A stretch of DNA of 34,438 bases from a bacterium (GTDB taxonomy: Bacteria; Desulfobacterota; GWC2-55-46), in contig SCQA01000094.1 in the NCBI GenBank assembly GCA_004298725.1, positions 1 to 34,438 of the forward strand, written 5' to 3'. Positions 32,399 through 34,438 of the stretch are shown piece by piece. Under the pieces are notes generated by a model. That model did not search any database. It was not told the DNA's origin and saw only the letters and a list, made by a program, of their open reading frames with translations. Position numbers and translations under genes: made by a program. Every line of letters begins with the position of its first letter. The first letter of the stretch is position 1.

Positions 32399-33274
32399 TT
32401 ACCTCGCGGCCTTAAGTAGAGGAAAGCCAAGCTCCTCCCTTGTTTTTAAATAACGCTCGGCGCACCTTCTGGCAAGGGTTCTTACCCTGCCGATAAAGCG
32501 GGTCCTCTCGGCAACGCTGATGGCTCCGCGCGCATCGAGCAAATTAAACGTATGAGAGCATTTAAGGCAGTAGTCATACGCCGGAAGCGCAAGGCCGGCA
32601 TCCGTCAGCCTTACGCTCTCCTTTTCATACGTGTCAAAAAGCTTAAATAGCATGTCAACGTCCGCTGAGTCAAAATTGTACTTCGAGTGCTCTATTTCAC
32701 CCCTTAGGTGAACGTCGCCGTAAGTGAGGCTGTCGTTCCATTTAAGGTCAAACACGTTGTCAACGCCCTGAAGGTACATGGTTATCCTTTCAAGGCCGTA
32801 GGTTATCTCACCGGTAACCGGCTTTAAATCAATGCCGCCCGCCTGTTGAAAATACGTAAACTGGGTTATTTCCATGCCGTCAAGCCAGACCTCCCAGCCA
32901 AGGCCCCACGCGCCAAGCGTAGGTGATTCCCAGTCGTCTTCGACAAATCTTATATCGTGGGCCAGAGGGTCAATGCCGAGGGTTTTAAGGCTTTCAATGT
33001 AAATATCTTGTATATCCTCGGGCGATGGCTTCAGAATAACCTGAAACTGATAGTAGCGTTGGAGCCTGTTGGGGTTTTCACCGTACCTGCCGTCAGTCGG
33101 ACGTCTTGACGGCTCCACATAAGCGGCCTTCCACGGCTCCGGCCCAAGCACCGCAAGAAAAGTAGCAGGGTTGAAAGTACCCGCGCCTTTTTCCATGTCA
33201 TACGGCTGCATAACGGCGCAACCCTTGCCTGCCCAAAACTTCTGAAGGGTTAATATAACGTCCTGAAAATACAT
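32399..33274 (-). CDS. glyQ: Glycine--tRNA ligase alpha subunit
   Basis: 291 aa. [36 protein letters not shown] and [21 protein letters not shown] are highly characteristic. Confidence 0.96.
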   Translation of the reverse strand: MYFQDVILTLQKFWAGKGCAVMQPYDMEKGAGTFNPATFLAVLGPEPWKAAYVEPSRRPTDGRYGENPNRLQRYYQFQVILKPSPEDIQDIYIESLKTLGIDPLAHDIRFVEDDWESPTLGAWGLGWEVWLDGMEITQFTYFQQAGGIDLKPVTGEITYGLERITMYLQGVDNVFDLKWNDSLTYGDVHLRGEIEHSKYNFDSADVDMLFKLFDTYEKESVRLTDAGLALPAYDYCLKCSHTFNLLDARGAISVAERTRFIGRVRTLARRCAERYLKTREELGFPLLKAAR

Positions 33275-33331
33275 TTCATTCTCCCGTAGTAACGGCTTTT
33301 ACAACCTCAACCATACATTATGCGCGCCGGC

Positions 33332-34114
33332 TTAAACAGAAGCGCACTTGAGCTTCGCAAGAAACTTCTTCGCCTTTAGCTCCTTTCCAGTTTGAAAGGC
33401 AATAAAATCATCAAGAAGGGCGCCGCCCTCCTTTAAAATACGGCCGTTGGGTTTAAGCCTTGCAAGCAGTTCGTTGTCAAACCTTAATGCCGCAATTAAA
33501 AAACGCGCCGTGCCGATGGTTACAGGCACAAGCATTGACGCGCCTGCGGCGCAATCAGGGCAGAGCGCTCCGCCCTTTTCAGAGCTGAAAAATATCCTTG
33601 CGTCTTCACCGTGCCCGGAACCAAAGCCAAGCCTGCACGCCACGCACGATTCAAGGTGCGGCGAAAAACCGAGAATGTCCAGCAACTTAATTTCAAAAAA
33701 ACTCAGCGTATGCGCCGCGTCCGGCAGTTGCGCGGCCATCTTCACGAAACTCAACAAAAGGGAAAATACCCTCGGCAGGCTAAGCCCTTCACGCGTCATC
33801 TCCGAGACCGTCTCAAGCATACAGCAAGCGGCTCCGTAGCGCTCCATGTCGGCTCTCAACCCGGGCATGGCGTCAAGAAGCGTTACCTGCTCAACCCTTA
33901 CAAGCTCGGACTTCTCGCTTGAAAAAAAATCAAGCCTTACATGAGACGCCGGCTCAAGGTTGCCGACAAAACGTTTTTTCGAGCGCCGCGCGCCCTTTGC
34001 TATGCCCTTTATCTTGCCGTAATCAGACGAACAAAACGCGAGTATCCTGTCGGACTCGCCGTAGTCAAAAGAATTCAGTATTACGGCTTCCGTGGTATAA
34101 AGGCCGCGCTTCAT
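33332..34114 (-). CDS. recO: DNA repair protein RecO
   Basis: 260 aa. N-terminal OB-fold region (EAVILNSFDYGESDRIL...GIAKGARRSKKRF) and a Cys4 zinc motif CVAC...CPDC. Confidence 0.85.
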   Translation of the reverse strand: MKRGLYTTEAVILNSFDYGESDRILAFCSSDYGKIKGIAKGARRSKKRFVGNLEPASHVRLDFFSSEKSELVRVEQVTLLDAMPGLRADMERYGAACCMLETVSEMTREGLSLPRVFSLLLSFVKMAAQLPDAAHTLSFFEIKLLDILGFSPHLESCVACRLGFGSGHGEDARIFFSSEKGGALCPDCAAGASMLVPVTIGTARFLIAALRFDNELLARLKPNGRILKEGGALLDDFIAFQTGKELKAKKFLAKLKCASV

Positions 34115-34208
34115 GAAATAATCACCATGATAAAAATTAACACACGGGAAAAAGGCAAGTCAACCGTTATTACTGCGCCGGTAACAGCGGGAAGGAAGGG
34201 CTTTAAGA

Positions 34209-34438
34209 TTATCTTTCAAGGAAGAATAATGCGTCAACCGACCTCATGACGTGCTCGGCTGTGCTTCCGAGCACCATTTCAACAAGCCTTGAGTGCCTGC
34301 TCGCGCCCATAAAAACAAGGTCAAAGCCGTTGTCATTGCAATGCTTCTCAATGGCCGTAGGCGCTTCCCCTTTAAGCTCGGCAAACGACGCAACTACTCC
34401 GTAAGGCTTTAAATAATTCTCAGCGTCCTTTAACGCCG
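34209..34438 (-). CDS. Universal stress protein (UspA family), C-terminal part; the 5' end lies outside the window
   Basis: Hand translation of the - strand gives ...LKGEAPTAIEKHCNDNGFDLVFMGASRHSRLVEMVLGSTAEHVMRSVDALFFLER, with stop TAA at 34211-34209. The D-L-V-x-M-G and LGS motifs are USP-like. Confidence 0.5.
   Translation of the reverse strand, partial: ALKDAENYLKPYGVVASFAELKGEAPTAIEKHCNDNGFDLVFMGASRHSRLVEMVLGSTAEHVMRSVDALFFLER

Overview
This 34.4-kb window comes from an anaerobic, probably CO2-fixing bacterium of roughly 50% GC; the lineage cannot be assigned from sequence alone. Positions 548-22403 form one same-strand (+) block of central-carbon and redox genes. In order these are mdh, a two-subunit class I fumarase, an hdrCBA-flxDCBA-type heterodisulfide-reductase/NADH-dehydrogenase module with two small extra genes inserted, a divergent SdhB/SdhA-like pair, sucCD and four-subunit 2-oxoglutarate:ferredoxin oxidoreductase korDABG. 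A separate, canonical sdhA-sdhB-sdhE unit with a CCG-domain subunit (type-E-like) follows. The gene order matches the reaction order of the reductive TCA branch from oxaloacetate to 2-oxoglutarate, and the Hdr-Flx-Frd-like block occupies the fumarate-reduction slot. That block is the most interesting candidate system: a possible NADH-dependent, flavin-based electron-bifurcating fumarate reductase. This is inference only. Positions 22404-23640 are a small repeat and mobile-element region holding a truncated IS3-type orfA, a RAYT transposase flanked by inverted REPs, and a second palindromic repeat family. The rest is mostly on the - strand: phoU-pstB-pstA-pstC-pstS with a Pho-box promoter, and a 57-aa Cys-rich ORF absent from the ORF track that has its own Pho-box promoter of identical architecture. 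After these come hemL (+), two small exported proteins (+), a TPR protein, glyQ, recO and a partial UspA-family gene. Non-coding structure not explained by genes includes a 140-bp palindromic MITE-like element with 4-bp target-site duplications in two copies (upstream of mdh, and inside the hdrC-hdrB spacer). It also includes degenerate tandem heptamer tracts (consensus C[GA]GTTAT) in five intergenic spacers and a hairpin-rich leader of about 245 nt upstream of korD. No rRNA, tRNA or CRISPR array was recognised.
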